Assembly (NCBI GenBank): GCA_043809585.1
Contig: JBDROZ010000023.1
Location: forward strand, 62,001 to 113,141
Direction: 5' to 3'
DNA from: Candidatus Eiseniibacteriota bacterium
Lineage (GTDB): Bacteria; Orphanbacterota; Orphanbacteria; Orphanbacterales; Orphanbacteraceae
DNA: 51,141 nucleotides
A model generated the notes under the pieces. It did no database searches. It had not been told where the DNA came from and was given only the letters and a program-made list of their open reading frames with translations. Numbering within the stretch: the first letter of the stretch is position 1; each line of letters begins with the position of its first letter. The translations under genes and the position numbers were made by a program. Below are positions 1 through 8,778 of this stretch, one piece after another.

Positions 1-1002
1 GAGGGCGAGGGTCACCTTGTCGACCCGGACGGCCCGGAGCATGGGACATTGACGGATCCGGTCCAGCTCCGCCTTTCGGCCGAGGATGATGCCCGCCTGC
101 ACCGATCCGAGGAGCTTGTCGCCGCTCATGGTGAGGACCGCGACGCCGGAGCGGAGTTCCTCCATCACCGTCGGCTCCCCCTTCCACCCGATCTTCACGA
201 AGGCGCCGCTCCCGAGGTCATAAAGGACGGGGACGCCCTTCTCCGCGCCGACCCCCGCCATCTCGGCGGGAGTGACGTTCTCCGTGAAGCCCTCGAGGCG
301 GAAGTTGGAGAGATGGGCCTTCATGAGAAGAGCGGTTTCCGGCGTAACGGCGGCCCGGTAGTCCTCCGCCCGGGTCCGGTTGGTGGTCCCCACCTCGACG
401 AGCTTCGCCCCGCTCGCCGCCATGATGTCGGGGAGGCGGAAGCTCCCGCCGATCTCGATCAGTTCCCCCCGGGAGACGATCACCTCCCTCCCCTTCGCCA
501 GGGCGTGGAGGGAGACGAGCACGGCGGCGGCGTTGTTGTTCGTCACGAGGGCCGCCTCGGCGCCGGTGAGACGGCGGAGGAGGCCTTCGGCGTGGACATG
601 CCGGGAGCCCCGGGCGCCGGTCTCGAGGTCGAACTCCAGGTTCGTGTAGCGCAGGGCGAGATCCCGGGCCCGGTCGAAAGCGCCCGCCGGGAGGGGTGAG
701 CGGCCGAGGTTGGTGTGGATCACGATTCCCGTGGCGTTGATCACCCGCCGGAGGCTCGGGCGGAGGAGCCGCTCGCTCTCGGCGACGAGGGCGGGCACGT
801 AGGTGGCGGGCTCCCGCAGGTCCCCCTCCGAGGGGCCGCCCCCTCCCCGGAGGGCCTCGCGGGTCCTGTCCAAAACCGCCCGCACCGCTTCGACGACGAC
901 CGGCCGGGGATAGGACTCCGTCGCCCTCCCCACTTCGGGGTCGGCGAGGAGGCGCTCCACGGAGGGGATATGGCGGAACGAGGAGGACCGGTCCGAGCCC
1001 AT
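1..1002 (-). CDS. selA: L-seryl-tRNA(Sec) selenium transferase (selenocysteine synthase), 3' end runs off the window
   Basis: Manual translation of the minus strand (not in the ORF track) gives SLRRVINATGIVIHTNLGRSPL, NNAAAVL and SRGELIEIGGSFRLPDIMAASGAKLVEVGTTNRT, all SelA hallmarks. GGAG lies 6 nt before the ATG at 1002 (alternative ATG at 1008). Confidence 0.95.
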   Translation of the reverse strand, partial: MGSDRSSSFRHIPSVERLLADPEVGRATESYPRPVVVEAVRAVLDRTREALRGGGGPSEGDLREPATYVPALVAESERLLRPSLRRVINATGIVIHTNLGRSPLPAGAFDRARDLALRYTNLEFDLETGARGSRHVHAEGLLRRLTGAEAALVTNNNAAAVLVSLHALAKGREVIVSRGELIEIGGSFRLPDIMAASGAKLVEVGTTNRTRAEDYRAAVTPETALLMKAHLSNFRLEGFTENVTPAEMAGVGAEKGVPVLYDLGSGAFVKIGWKGEPTVMEELRSGVAVLTMSGDKLLGSVQAGIILGRKAELDRIRQCPMLRAVRVDKVTLAL

Positions 1003-1059
1003 GGACATCTCCGACCAAAGAAAGAGGAAACGAACGCCCGCCCCCGGCGGAATGGGGCG

Positions 1060-1088
1060 AATCTAACAGAGCCCCCGGGGCCGGTCAA
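1060..1088 (-). promoter_or_regulatory. sigma70-type promoter upstream of selA
   Basis: TTGACC-N17-TAGATT with an extended TG. Confidence 0.6.
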
Positions 1089-1300
1089 CCGCCATGGGGC
1101 GGGGCCGGTGGCGATACCCTCCCCCTTCCCGATGGACCGGACGAGGCCCAGATTCCGACATCTTCCATTCCGGTGTAGGTCGGACAGGCGGACGGGCTCC
1201 GTGACGAGGATCGTGGGCGCAGGAGCGAGAGGCACTCTTGGACGAGCCGCTCCCGGAGGCGGGGCCCTAAGATCCTCCCCCCGGGCGCTAACACTTATCG

Positions 1301-1402
1301 CTCCTAACCGTCGCGATAAGTCAAAGCGCCCGACGGGCCCCGTCGAGGAAGCGGCGACGGAAAGTGAGCCTCGCAGCCTGCGAGCGCGATCCGCAGTAGG
1401 AG
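1301..1402 (+). repeat. degenerate member of the CGTCGCGA...CCGCAG hairpin repeat family
   Basis: Outer stem CTCCTA/TAGGAG; shares CGTCGCGA and CTCGCAGCC..GCGA..CCGCAG with 7774-7955 and 17867-18047. Confidence 0.5.
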
Positions 1403-1420
1403 AACGGCCGACTGTCCGGC

Positions 1421-1981
1421 CTACTCGTGGACATTGGAGGGAGTGATCTCTTTCTGGGCCTGGTAGCGGCCCTTCTTGTCTTTGTAGGAGACCTCGCAGT
1501 CGCTCTCCCCCTGGAGGAAGAGGAGCTGGCCGATCCCCTCGTTCGCATACACCCGGGCGGGGCGGGGGCCCGTGTTCGAGATCTCCAAGGTGGCGCACCC
1601 CTCCCACTCGGGCTCGAAGGGGGTGACGTTCACGAGGACGCCCGAGCGGGCGTAGGTCGACTTGCCGAAGCAGATCGTGATGATCCCCCGAGGGATGCGG
1701 AAGTACTCGACCGTGCGGCCGAGGATGAAGGAGTTCGGCGGGATGACGCAGACATCGCCTCGGAAATCGTCGAACGCCGTCTCGTCGAACGCCTTCGGGT
1801 CCGTCTCCCCGCCGGAGGGCCCCCGGTGGACTTTGAACTCGTCGGCGAGGCGGAAGTCGTAGCCGTAGGACGAGAGGCCGTAGGAGATGACGCCCTTCCG
1901 GGCGCCCCCCTCCGCGAAGGGCTCGATCATCTTCGCCTCGAGGGCCATCTTCCGGATCCACCGGTCGGGCATCACGGGCAT
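1421..1981 (-). CDS. dcd: dCTP deaminase
   Basis: [34 protein letters not shown] and YANEGIGQ motifs. Confidence 0.95.
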   Translation of the reverse strand: MPVMPDRWIRKMALEAKMIEPFAEGGARKGVISYGLSSYGYDFRLADEFKVHRGPSGGETDPKAFDETAFDDFRGDVCVIPPNSFILGRTVEYFRIPRGIITICFGKSTYARSGVLVNVTPFEPEWEGCATLEISNTGPRPARVYANEGIGQLLFLQGESDCEVSYKDKKGRYQAQKEITPSNVHE

Positions 1982-2006
1982 CGGTTCCTCCTCCCTTCTT
2001 CGTCCG

Positions 2007-3047
2007 TCAGCCGACCCAGAGCGGGCGGGAATCCTCCCGGGCCATGGGCGCCACGTCCACGACCCGAATCTCGCCCCCCCGATCGACGAGGACCGGCACG
2101 GATCGCTCGTTCTTGCCGTCTCCGTAGGAGGCGACGATCGCCGCGGCGGCCCGGAGGTCCTCCTCCGAAGGGTCCCCCTGCACGAGGCCGACGGGACCCC
2201 GGATCTCGTCCGCCTCGATCCGCCACCCGGAGCGGCGGTGGAAGTGGATGAAGCGGCACTCCCCCTCGTCCCGGGCGACGATCACCTTCGCCTTCGGAGA
2301 TAGGCGGAAGTGGCGCCCCACCTTGAGGAGGTAGACCTCCTCCCGGGCGAGGGGATCGTCCTGGGTGCGCCGGGTTAGGAGGTCCATGAGGCGCTGCGCG
2401 AAGATCGGGTCCACGAGGCTGCAGCATCCCCCCGCCGGCGACGGGTACTCCTCGATGCCGAGTTTCGCCGCGAGTTCCATCTGGTTCTTGCGCCCCCGGC
2501 CGGCGAATCCGTACAGTTTCTCCCGGTCGACCCAACCCTCCTTCTCGGGCGTGGTGGGTTCGAGGAGCTTCGCCGAAAGGGGGCGAAGGAGGAGCCCTTC
2601 GAGGCCGCACTCCTTCTCGATGAGGCGGAGCGTGTGCCGTTGCTGGGACATGGGGCGCTGGCCGACCACTTCGCCCGTGAACACGAAGTGTTCCCCCCGC
2701 TCCCGGAGCAGGCGCCCGGCGATGCGGAGCATCATCGCCCGGCAGTCGATGCACGGGTTCATGGCCGAGCCGTAGCCGTGCTTCGGGCGGGTGAGGACCT
2801 CCCAGTACTCGTCGTAGATGTCCACCGTCTCGAGAGGGACGCCGAGGCGCTCCGCCGCCGCTGCCGCGTCGTTCCGGTAGATCTCGCCGGGTTTCTGCCG
2901 GATCTTCTCCCGGTTGTCGGAGAGACAGAAGCCGGTGTTGAAATGGAGCGCCGTGACGCCGACGCCCAGATCCTGGATGATCCGGACCGCCAGGGTCGAG
3001 TCGAGTCCGCCCGACAGGAGGGCGAGGGCGCGGATCTTTTCCGCCAA
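2007..3047 (-). CDS. PP-loop ThiI/MnmA-like tRNA sulfurtransferase family protein with DUF814-like C-terminus
   Basis: SGGLDS PP-loop, [26 protein letters not shown] and GRHFRL motifs; TTG start after GGAGG. Confidence 0.8.
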   Translation of the reverse strand: MAEKIRALALLSGGLDSTLAVRIIQDLGVGVTALHFNTGFCLSDNREKIRQKPGEIYRNDAAAAAERLGVPLETVDIYDEYWEVLTRPKHGYGSAMNPCIDCRAMMLRIAGRLLRERGEHFVFTGEVVGQRPMSQQRHTLRLIEKECGLEGLLLRPLSAKLLEPTTPEKEGWVDREKLYGFAGRGRKNQMELAAKLGIEEYPSPAGGCCSLVDPIFAQRLMDLLTRRTQDDPLAREEVYLLKVGRHFRLSPKAKVIVARDEGECRFIHFHRRSGWRIEADEIRGPVGLVQGDPSEEDLRAAAAIVASYGDGKNERSVPVLVDRGGEIRVVDVAPMAREDSRPLWVG

Positions 3048-3109
3048 GGGTATCCTCCCGAAACGAAGGCGGGACGGGCGACCCCGTCCCGCCGATGATT
3101 CATCCGTAG

Positions 3110-3138
3110 AATATAGCCTCAGGCCTCCTAACGGTCAA
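3110..3138 (-). promoter_or_regulatory. sigma70-type promoter for the ThiI-like gene and dcd
   Basis: TTGACC-N17-TATATT. Confidence 0.6.
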
Positions 3139-4315
3139 GCCGGGCGATGACGGCGTCGGTCATCCGCTCCGTCGTCGCCGCGCCCTGGGCGATCGACTTC
3201 GGCCCGCCGGGGATCCGCATCATGTCGTAGGTGCGGACCTTCCCCTCGGCGATCACGGCCGCGACGGCGGCGCGGATCTTCTCGGCCCTCCCCGTCTCGC
3301 CGATATGGTCGAGCATCATGCAGGCGGAGAGGATCATGGCGATCGGGTTCACGATGGAAGGCTCGAGCAGGGCGTACTTCGGCGCCGAGCCGTGGGTCGG
3401 TTCGAAGATGGCGCACTTCTCGCCGAGGTTGGCGCTGCAGGCGAACCCGAGGCCGCCCACGAGGCCGGCGAAACCGTCGGAGACGATGTCGCCGAACATG
3501 TTGCCCGACACGAGGACGCCGTACTCTTCGGGGTTCTTGGTGAGCCACATCATCTGGGCGTCGATGTTGGTGTCCCAGAGGGCGATGCCCGGGTACTCCT
3601 TGGCGATGGTCTTGCCGGAGGCCTGCATCATCCCCGAGGTCTCGCGGATGACGTTCGGCTTCTCGCAGATGGTGACGCTCTTGTAGCCGAACTTCTCGGC
3701 GTACTCGAAACCGGCCCGCACGATCCGGTCGCACGCCCTCTTGGAGAAGATTCGCGTGGAGACGGCGAGCTCGGGACGGGGCACTTTCGCGAACATCTTC
3801 ATCTTCGGGTGGGTCATGAGGGCGTCGTAGACCTGGTCGGGGGGGTTGGTCCACTCGACGCCGCCGTAGAGGCCCTCGGTGTTCTGCCGGAAGATCACGG
3901 CGTCCACTTTCGGTTCGTCGATCCCCCCCTCCCGATTCCGGCGGACGAAGTTCAGCGGGTTGCCGGGGAAGGAGCGGCAGGGGCGGATGCAGATGTCGAG
4001 GTCGAAGTGCTGGCGGAGGCGGACGATCGGGCTGTAGTAGACGAAGCCCTTTTCCCGAAGGCCCGGGTCGAGTTCGGCCGCCGCCTTGTCTTTCGGCTTC
4101 GAGGTGATCGCGCCGAAAAGGCCGATCGGGTGCTTTTCGAGAAGCTCGATGGTCCGGTCGGGGAGCGGGTTGCCCTCTTTGATCCAGAACTCCCAACCGA
4201 TGTCGCCGTCAACGTAATCCGCCTCGAAGCCGGCCGCCTCGAGGACCCGGATCGCCTCGGAAAGTACGATGCCTCCGATGCCGTCGCCGGGCATCGCCAC
4301 GATGGTTCGCTTCAA
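3128..4315 (-). CDS. isocitrate/isopropylmalate/homoisocitrate dehydrogenase family protein
   Basis: MPGDGIG, RQNTEGLY, NMFGDIVSD and FEPTHGSAP motifs; TTG start at 4315 after GGAGGT. Confidence 0.9.
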   Translation of the reverse strand: MKRTIVAMPGDGIGGIVLSEAIRVLEAAGFEADYVDGDIGWEFWIKEGNPLPDRTIELLEKHPIGLFGAITSKPKDKAAAELDPGLREKGFVYYSPIVRLRQHFDLDICIRPCRSFPGNPLNFVRRNREGGIDEPKVDAVIFRQNTEGLYGGVEWTNPPDQVYDALMTHPKMKMFAKVPRPELAVSTRIFSKRACDRIVRAGFEYAEKFGYKSVTICEKPNVIRETSGMMQASGKTIAKEYPGIALWDTNIDAQMMWLTKNPEEYGVLVSGNMFGDIVSDGFAGLVGGLGFACSANLGEKCAIFEPTHGSAPKYALLEPSIVNPIAMILSACMMLDHIGETGRAEKIRAAVAAVIAEGKVRTYDMMRIPGGPKSIAQGAATTERMTDAVIARLDR

Positions 4316-4470
4316 CGGACCACCTCCATTTTCGGTGCCTCGCCGCTGTTTCCGTTCGCCGTACCGGGGTGATCGCCCCCCCGAGGGTGCGGACAAGGAT
4401 CATATCGTGGAAGGGGGATTCGGGGAACGGGAATCGGAGGGGGGAGGAAGGCGGGGATGGGGGGTCCTTG

Positions 4471-5219
4471 GGAGCTTTCCCCACAGGACACGGCTCCGAA
4501 CCATAGTACGGACGGGGCCTGTCCGCTCCTGTCCGCTGCGGTGCTCGTCAGTCGCGCATTTGCTCTTCTCCCTCCGCATCGCGTAAACCGCACGTTTCGT
4601 CTTCAGTGATACATCCGTGATCGGGATCTTGCGCTTGGTGACTGCGCGCCTCGCCTGACGCCCCTGTCGCGGCCACCCGTCCGTGGTTGCGAGTAATCAG
4701 CAAGGACTACCGCCCGGAAGGGACCATCTCCAGGCAGTTGATTGCATCCCCCTTCCCTGCTGGGGGGGGGAGGCGTTCGCCCACCCGGGCGCTCAATGGC
4801 CCGCTCATTCGTGCCGCGCTCCCCCTCCCCGTTCGCCCTGAGTGGCGCCGAGAGAAGCGAGGCGTCGTATCGAAGGGGGAACCGGGAGGAGAGGAAGAGA
4901 TCGCTGCCTTTCCCCCGGTTCATCCTTCGATACACCGCCCGGAGGACCGGGCGGCACTCAGGACGAACGGGGAGAGGTATCACCGATCTCCGCCACTTCG
5001 GTGTGAGTCTGGAATGCGGGGGACATGAACTTGTTTCGTGTCCCCCGCATTTCTCAGCGAGCCCTGTCCCCCTCCGGGGGGATACCGCAGAGGAAGAGCA
5101 CCATTCCAAGGTGCAGAGGAGGAGTCCGATGAGGATGGCAACTTCGGAATGAGCGGGGCACGACCATTCCAAGGTGCACGGGAGGAGTCCGAGGAGGATA
5201 GCCACTTTGGAATGAGTGG
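4471..5219. repeat. mosaic intergenic repeat cluster: micro-palindrome, two CCTGAGT-hairpin-GTATCGAAG REPs, a 43-bp palindrome and a 2x63-bp tandem
   Basis: The modules recur at 7530-7770, 17580-17770, 30853-31270 and 50552-51141. Confidence 0.8.
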
Positions 5220-5246
5220 TAACCTCCGATTTGCTATTCTGTGCTC

Positions 5247-7514
5247 ATGAAACAGCTATGGCTCCTCCTCCTTATGCTCCTCGCGGCCGCCTGCGGCGGG
5301 CCGCCTCCTCCTTCCAAGCCCCTCGATCGTCTCTACATGGAGCTGGCGGAGCGGCGGGAGGACTTCCGGGTCGAAGCCCTCCGGGGACGGACGATTCTGA
5401 TCGATCCGGGGCACGGCGGGCGGTTCACGGGGACATCGGGGCGGGAAGGCCTCGCGGAGAAGGATGTCAACCTGGGTGTCGCGCTCTACCTCTGGGGGCT
5501 CCTCCGGGACGCGGGGGCCGACGCCCATCTCACCCGTCATTCGGACAGGGACTTCCTCCTCGCGGGCGCCGACTCGGCGGATGTCGCCCGGGACCTTGCG
5601 GCGCGCCTCGCGATCGCCGACTCCCTCGAACCGGATCTCTTCGTCTCCATCCACCACAACGCGGCGGCGGACACGAACCGGTCGAGGAACGGCATCGAGA
5701 CGTACTACCCCCTCGGCGAGGAGGGACCCTCGCTCGATGCGGCGCGGGCGATTCATGCCCATCTGATGAGAAACCTCGGCATTGAAAAGGGGGATGTCCG
5801 GCCGGGGAACTTCTACGTGCTCCGAAACAACCGTTTCCCGGCGATTCTCGGCGAGCCGTCGTACCTCTCCCACCCGCCGGTGGAGGAGAAGCTCGTCCTC
5901 GCCGAGAAGCGCCGCCTCGAGGCGGAAGCGTACTTTCTCGGCATCGTGGAGTACTTCCAGCGGGGCGTGCCGCGGGCGGAGGTTGATTCGCCTGCGGATG
6001 TGGTGAGTTCGATGGACGGGCTCCGGCTCGCCGGCACGGTCCGGGACGAAGGGGGCGAGGGGATCGACCCGAGCACGGTGCAGGCCCTGCTCGACGGTGA
6101 ACCGCTCATGGCTTTCTTCGATCCGGGAACCGGACGAGCGACGGGCGCGCTCCCGCCCGATCTTCCGCCGGGAGAGCACCGGGTCGCGCTTCGCGCACGA
6201 AACCTCGGCGGCAACGCGGCGCGGGGGGTGGAGCGGGTGTTCGAGGTGGCGTTCCCGCCGGTCCGGGCGGAGGCGGAGGCGATGGTTCCCCCCTCGCCGG
6301 TGAACGGATGCATTGTCATCGTACGGCTTGTTGATGAGCGCGGGATGCCCATCGCGGATGGCACGCCGATCATCGCTTCTCCGCGGCCCCTTGATGACGG
6401 CGATTCGATGATTCCGGGTTCTTGGGCTCATCGAACCGTGAACGGATCCATCCTCTTGGCCGATACGCCGGAGAGACCTTGTCCGGATACGATCTGGGTC
6501 CGTGTGAATGGTCGCGTCATCCCGGCACCTCTCCCGGAGGAACGGGTGGAGCGGGTCCCCGCCCTCCTCCGGATCTGGACCCCAGGACGGGACGGAGGTC
6601 CGACACCTTCGGAGATCCGGATTCTGCGTGACGATGGATGGACCGGTGTTCCCCGCACCTTCGGCTGGATTCCCCTCGACCGTTCCGTAGATCCGGAGGA
6701 CCGGTTCTTCGTTTACACTCCCGGGTACCTCCCCTCCTGGATGAGCGGGGGGGATTTCCAAGTGCAGATGGGAGCCATCCACCTTGTTCCCCTCTCCGAC
6801 TCCCCCCTCCGGGGCAAACGCGTTCTGATCGACCCGACGGGAGGAAGCGGTGGCGGCGTGGTCCCGGCGTCGGCGCGAACTCTTCGCCTCGCCCGGGACT
6901 TGGAGGAGATGGTCGGCTTCGCCGGGGGCGTCCCGGAGCTGACCCGGTCGGGCGAGGCCGTGCCCGACGTGGGGAAGCGGATCGCCTTGGCGAACCGGTT
7001 CGGTCCCGACTACTGGATCACGATCGAATACGGCGACCGGTACGAGGTGAGGCACTTTCCGGGGAGCAAGGAGGGGGCGCCTTTTGCCGAGGCCGTCGCG
7101 GAAGACATGGGCTACCGGCTCGGCGCGGATGTCCCGGTCCGGGACGGCGCGGAGCCGGTTCTCCGAGACACCCCCTGCCCCGCGATCGTGGTGACTCTGC
7201 CCATGGACATGGGAGAAGGACGCCCGGCCCGCGCCCGGATGCGGGCCACGGCCCAGGCGATCCAGACCGCCCTCGCGGACCGGCTCGACCCGGATCCCCC
7301 CATGCGGGGCCTTCTCCAGATCGACCTCCCCTTCCCCCACGCCCAGGTCCGCATCGACGACGCCGTCACCTTCCAGGATCACGGCGCCGCGGTCTGGCGC
7401 ATCGGATCCATCCCCGCCGGCCGGCATCTCGTCCGACTGGAGACTGAGGAGGGGTGGACCGAGCACTTCCTCGACATCCCCCCGTACAAGACGACCGTGC
7501 TGTTCAAACGGTAG
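5247..7514 (+). CDS. N-acetylmuramoyl-L-alanine amidase (Amidase_3) lipoprotein with a second, degenerate amidase domain
   Basis: Lipobox LAAAC. IDPGHGG, EKDVNL, FVSIHHNA and ILGEPSYLS are intact. The second copy (LRGKRVLIDPTGG...TPCPAIVV) lacks the Zn ligands. Confidence 0.9.
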   Translation: MKQLWLLLLMLLAAACGGPPPPSKPLDRLYMELAERREDFRVEALRGRTILIDPGHGGRFTGTSGREGLAEKDVNLGVALYLWGLLRDAGADAHLTRHSDRDFLLAGADSADVARDLAARLAIADSLEPDLFVSIHHNAAADTNRSRNGIETYYPLGEEGPSLDAARAIHAHLMRNLGIEKGDVRPGNFYVLRNNRFPAILGEPSYLSHPPVEEKLVLAEKRRLEAEAYFLGIVEYFQRGVPRAEVDSPADVVSSMDGLRLAGTVRDEGGEGIDPSTVQALLDGEPLMAFFDPGTGRATGALPPDLPPGEHRVALRARNLGGNAARGVERVFEVAFPPVRAEAEAMVPPSPVNGCIVIVRLVDERGMPIADGTPIIASPRPLDDGDSMIPGSWAHRTVNGSILLADTPERPCPDTIWVRVNGRVIPAPLPEERVERVPALLRIWTPGRDGGPTPSEIRILRDDGWTGVPRTFGWIPLDRSVDPEDRFFVYTPGYLPSWMSGGDFQVQMGAIHLVPLSDSPLRGKRVLIDPTGGSGGGVVPASARTLRLARDLEEMVGFAGGVPELTRSGEAVPDVGKRIALANRFGPDYWITIEYGDRYEVRHFPGSKEGAPFAEAVAEDMGYRLGADVPVRDGAEPVLRDTPCPAIVVTLPMDMGEGRPARARMRATAQAIQTALADRLDPDPPMRGLLQIDLPFPHAQVRIDDAVTFQDHGAAVWRIGSIPAGRHLVRLETEEGWTEHFLDIPPYKTTVLFKR

Positions 7515-7529
7515 GCCATCACCCGAAGC

Positions 7530-7770
7530 GGCTATTCCCCTCGGACTCCTCCTCGGCACCCCAGAATGAACGTTGCGGACTGCAATGCCCGTTTGGAGAA
7601 GAACGCCGAATATCCGAGGGGGGGCGGCGGGTGAGGGAGAGCGCTGTACCGACAATCGATGCGTGCCGGAGGCTCGGGCGGAACCAGTCCCCCGCTCATT
7701 CCAAAGCGGCTGAGCTCAGTGGAGTGCCGCTCCCGCTCATTCCAAGGCTGCCGATCTCAGAATGGCAATG
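7530..7770. repeat. remnants of the GAGGAGGAGTCCGAG / CCCGCTCATTCCAA repeat family
   Basis: CTCGGACTCCTCCTC (reverse complement of the 63-bp unit core) and two copies of CCCGCTCATTCCAA. Confidence 0.65.
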
Positions 7771-7773
7771 TGA

Positions 7774-7955
7774 CCGGCCGTCGCCGGCGAGTGGTTTCGT
7801 CGCGAGGCGAAGTGGAGCGAGGCGAGAGGCGGATCCGGACGAATCGCCTCCCGCAGGCGTAGCCGAAGCTACGTCGAGGGAGGCGATGAAGGAGGATCCG
7901 TCTCGCAGCCCGCGATCACGAGCCGCAGCAGAAACCACTCGCCGGCGGCGGCCGG
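7774..7955 (+). repeat. ~180-bp long-hairpin repeat element
   Basis: 25-bp terminal stem CCGGCCGTCGCCGGCGAGTGGTTTC/GAAACCACTCGCCGGCGGCGGCCGG and apical CGTAGC-CGAA-GCTACG; homologous to 17867-18047. Confidence 0.8.
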
Positions 7956-7958
7956 AGC

Positions 7959-8453
7959 TTACAGATCGACCTTGCCGAAGTCTTCGGGAGGGAGGTTGCG
8001 AAGGAACTCGCGGAGTTGGTCGGCCCGCTCCTCATCGCTCATCTCCACCTCTTCCCGGCCGAGTTGGAACAGGGAATCGGAAACGAAGATGGGCGACTTG
8101 GCCCGGAGGGCGAGGGCGATCGAATCGGACGGCCGGGCATCGACGCCGAGAACGTCCTCTTCCTGATTGATCAGCACCTTCGCGAAGAACGTGCTCTCCT
8201 TGAGCTCCGTGATGAGCACCTTGGTCACCTTGCCGTGCAGGCCTTCGATGACCGTCTTCAAGAGGTCGTGGGTGAGGGGGCGCTGGAACTTCCGGCCCGC
8301 GAGCTCCATGGCGATCGAACTCGCCTCGGCCGGGCCGATCCAGATCGGAAGCACCCGCGTCCCCCCGAGTTCCTGGAGAATCACAACGGGAGTCTTGTTC
8401 CGTTCGTCCAGCGCAAGACCGCTGACCCTGACTTCCACAAGGCTAGAACTCAT
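7959..8453 (-). CDS. bifunctional nuclease family protein (DUF151)
   Basis: LPIWIGPAEA, RPLTHDLL and DARPSDSIALA motifs. The start ATG lies inside the MITE terminal repeat. Confidence 0.92.
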   Translation of the reverse strand: MSSSLVEVRVSGLALDERNKTPVVILQELGGTRVLPIWIGPAEASSIAMELAGRKFQRPLTHDLLKTVIEGLHGKVTKVLITELKESTFFAKVLINQEEDVLGVDARPSDSIALALRAKSPIFVSDSLFQLGREEVEMSDEERADQLREFLRNLPPEDFGKVDL

Positions 8454-8625
8454 TTCAAGACCCCTTCCTGCTGCGGGCGGCTGCAGGGACGATCGGCTTC
8501 GTCCTCGGGCGAGAATGTACTCACCGGCCCATCCAGGGCCGCCTCCGGGCATTCCCGCCCTCGATCCTCGCCGTCCGTCCCTCCGCTTACCCTCGCGACG
8601 AAAGGGGTCTTGAAACGAGTTCTAG
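8443..8625. mobile_element. MITE copy 1 (CTAG/TA-flanked, TIR GAACTCRTTTCAA)
   Basis: CTAGAACTCATTTCAAGACCCCTT ... AAGGGGTCTTGAAACGAGTTCTAG; near-identical to 26529-26710. Confidence 0.9.
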
Positions 8626-8629
8626 GCAC
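8450..8629 (-). other. 59-aa upstream ORF from the ancestral GTG start through the MITE, ending in an ATGA overlap with the DUF151 start
   Basis: GGAG-N8-GTG at 8629; open frame (VPRTRFKTPF...QQEGVLK) to TGA 8452-8450, which overlaps ATG 8453-8451. Confidence 0.55.
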
Positions 8630-8681
8630 GGTTCGTTCTCCGAGTCGAAGGCGGTGCGGGGTCGTGATTCGATCCTCGTGT

Positions 8682-8710
8682 AACGTAGTCGATGGAGGGC
8701 CGAAAGTCAA
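8682..8710 (-). promoter_or_regulatory. sigma70-type promoter of the DUF151 gene, upstream of the MITE
   Basis: TTGACT-N17-TACGTT. Confidence 0.6.
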
Positions 8711-8778
8711 GGCGGGGCCGCCGGTTCCGGCGCCCCGTCCCCCGGTGCATCGAATGAAGAAGCAACCGGTTGAGAGAC

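Noticed and set aside
1010-1420. selC tRNA(Sec) or a SECIS element near selA
   Set aside because: No cloverleaf with a TCA anticodon is visible, and no gene in the window needs an in-frame TGA.
5038-5250. 70-aa ORF with a repeated PFQGAxEESxED..FGMSG peptide (possible RiPP precursor)
   Set aside because: It is the translation of the 63-bp tandem repeat, whose pieces recur as non-coding DNA elsewhere. There is no RBS or modifying enzyme nearby, and several differences between the units are non-synonymous.
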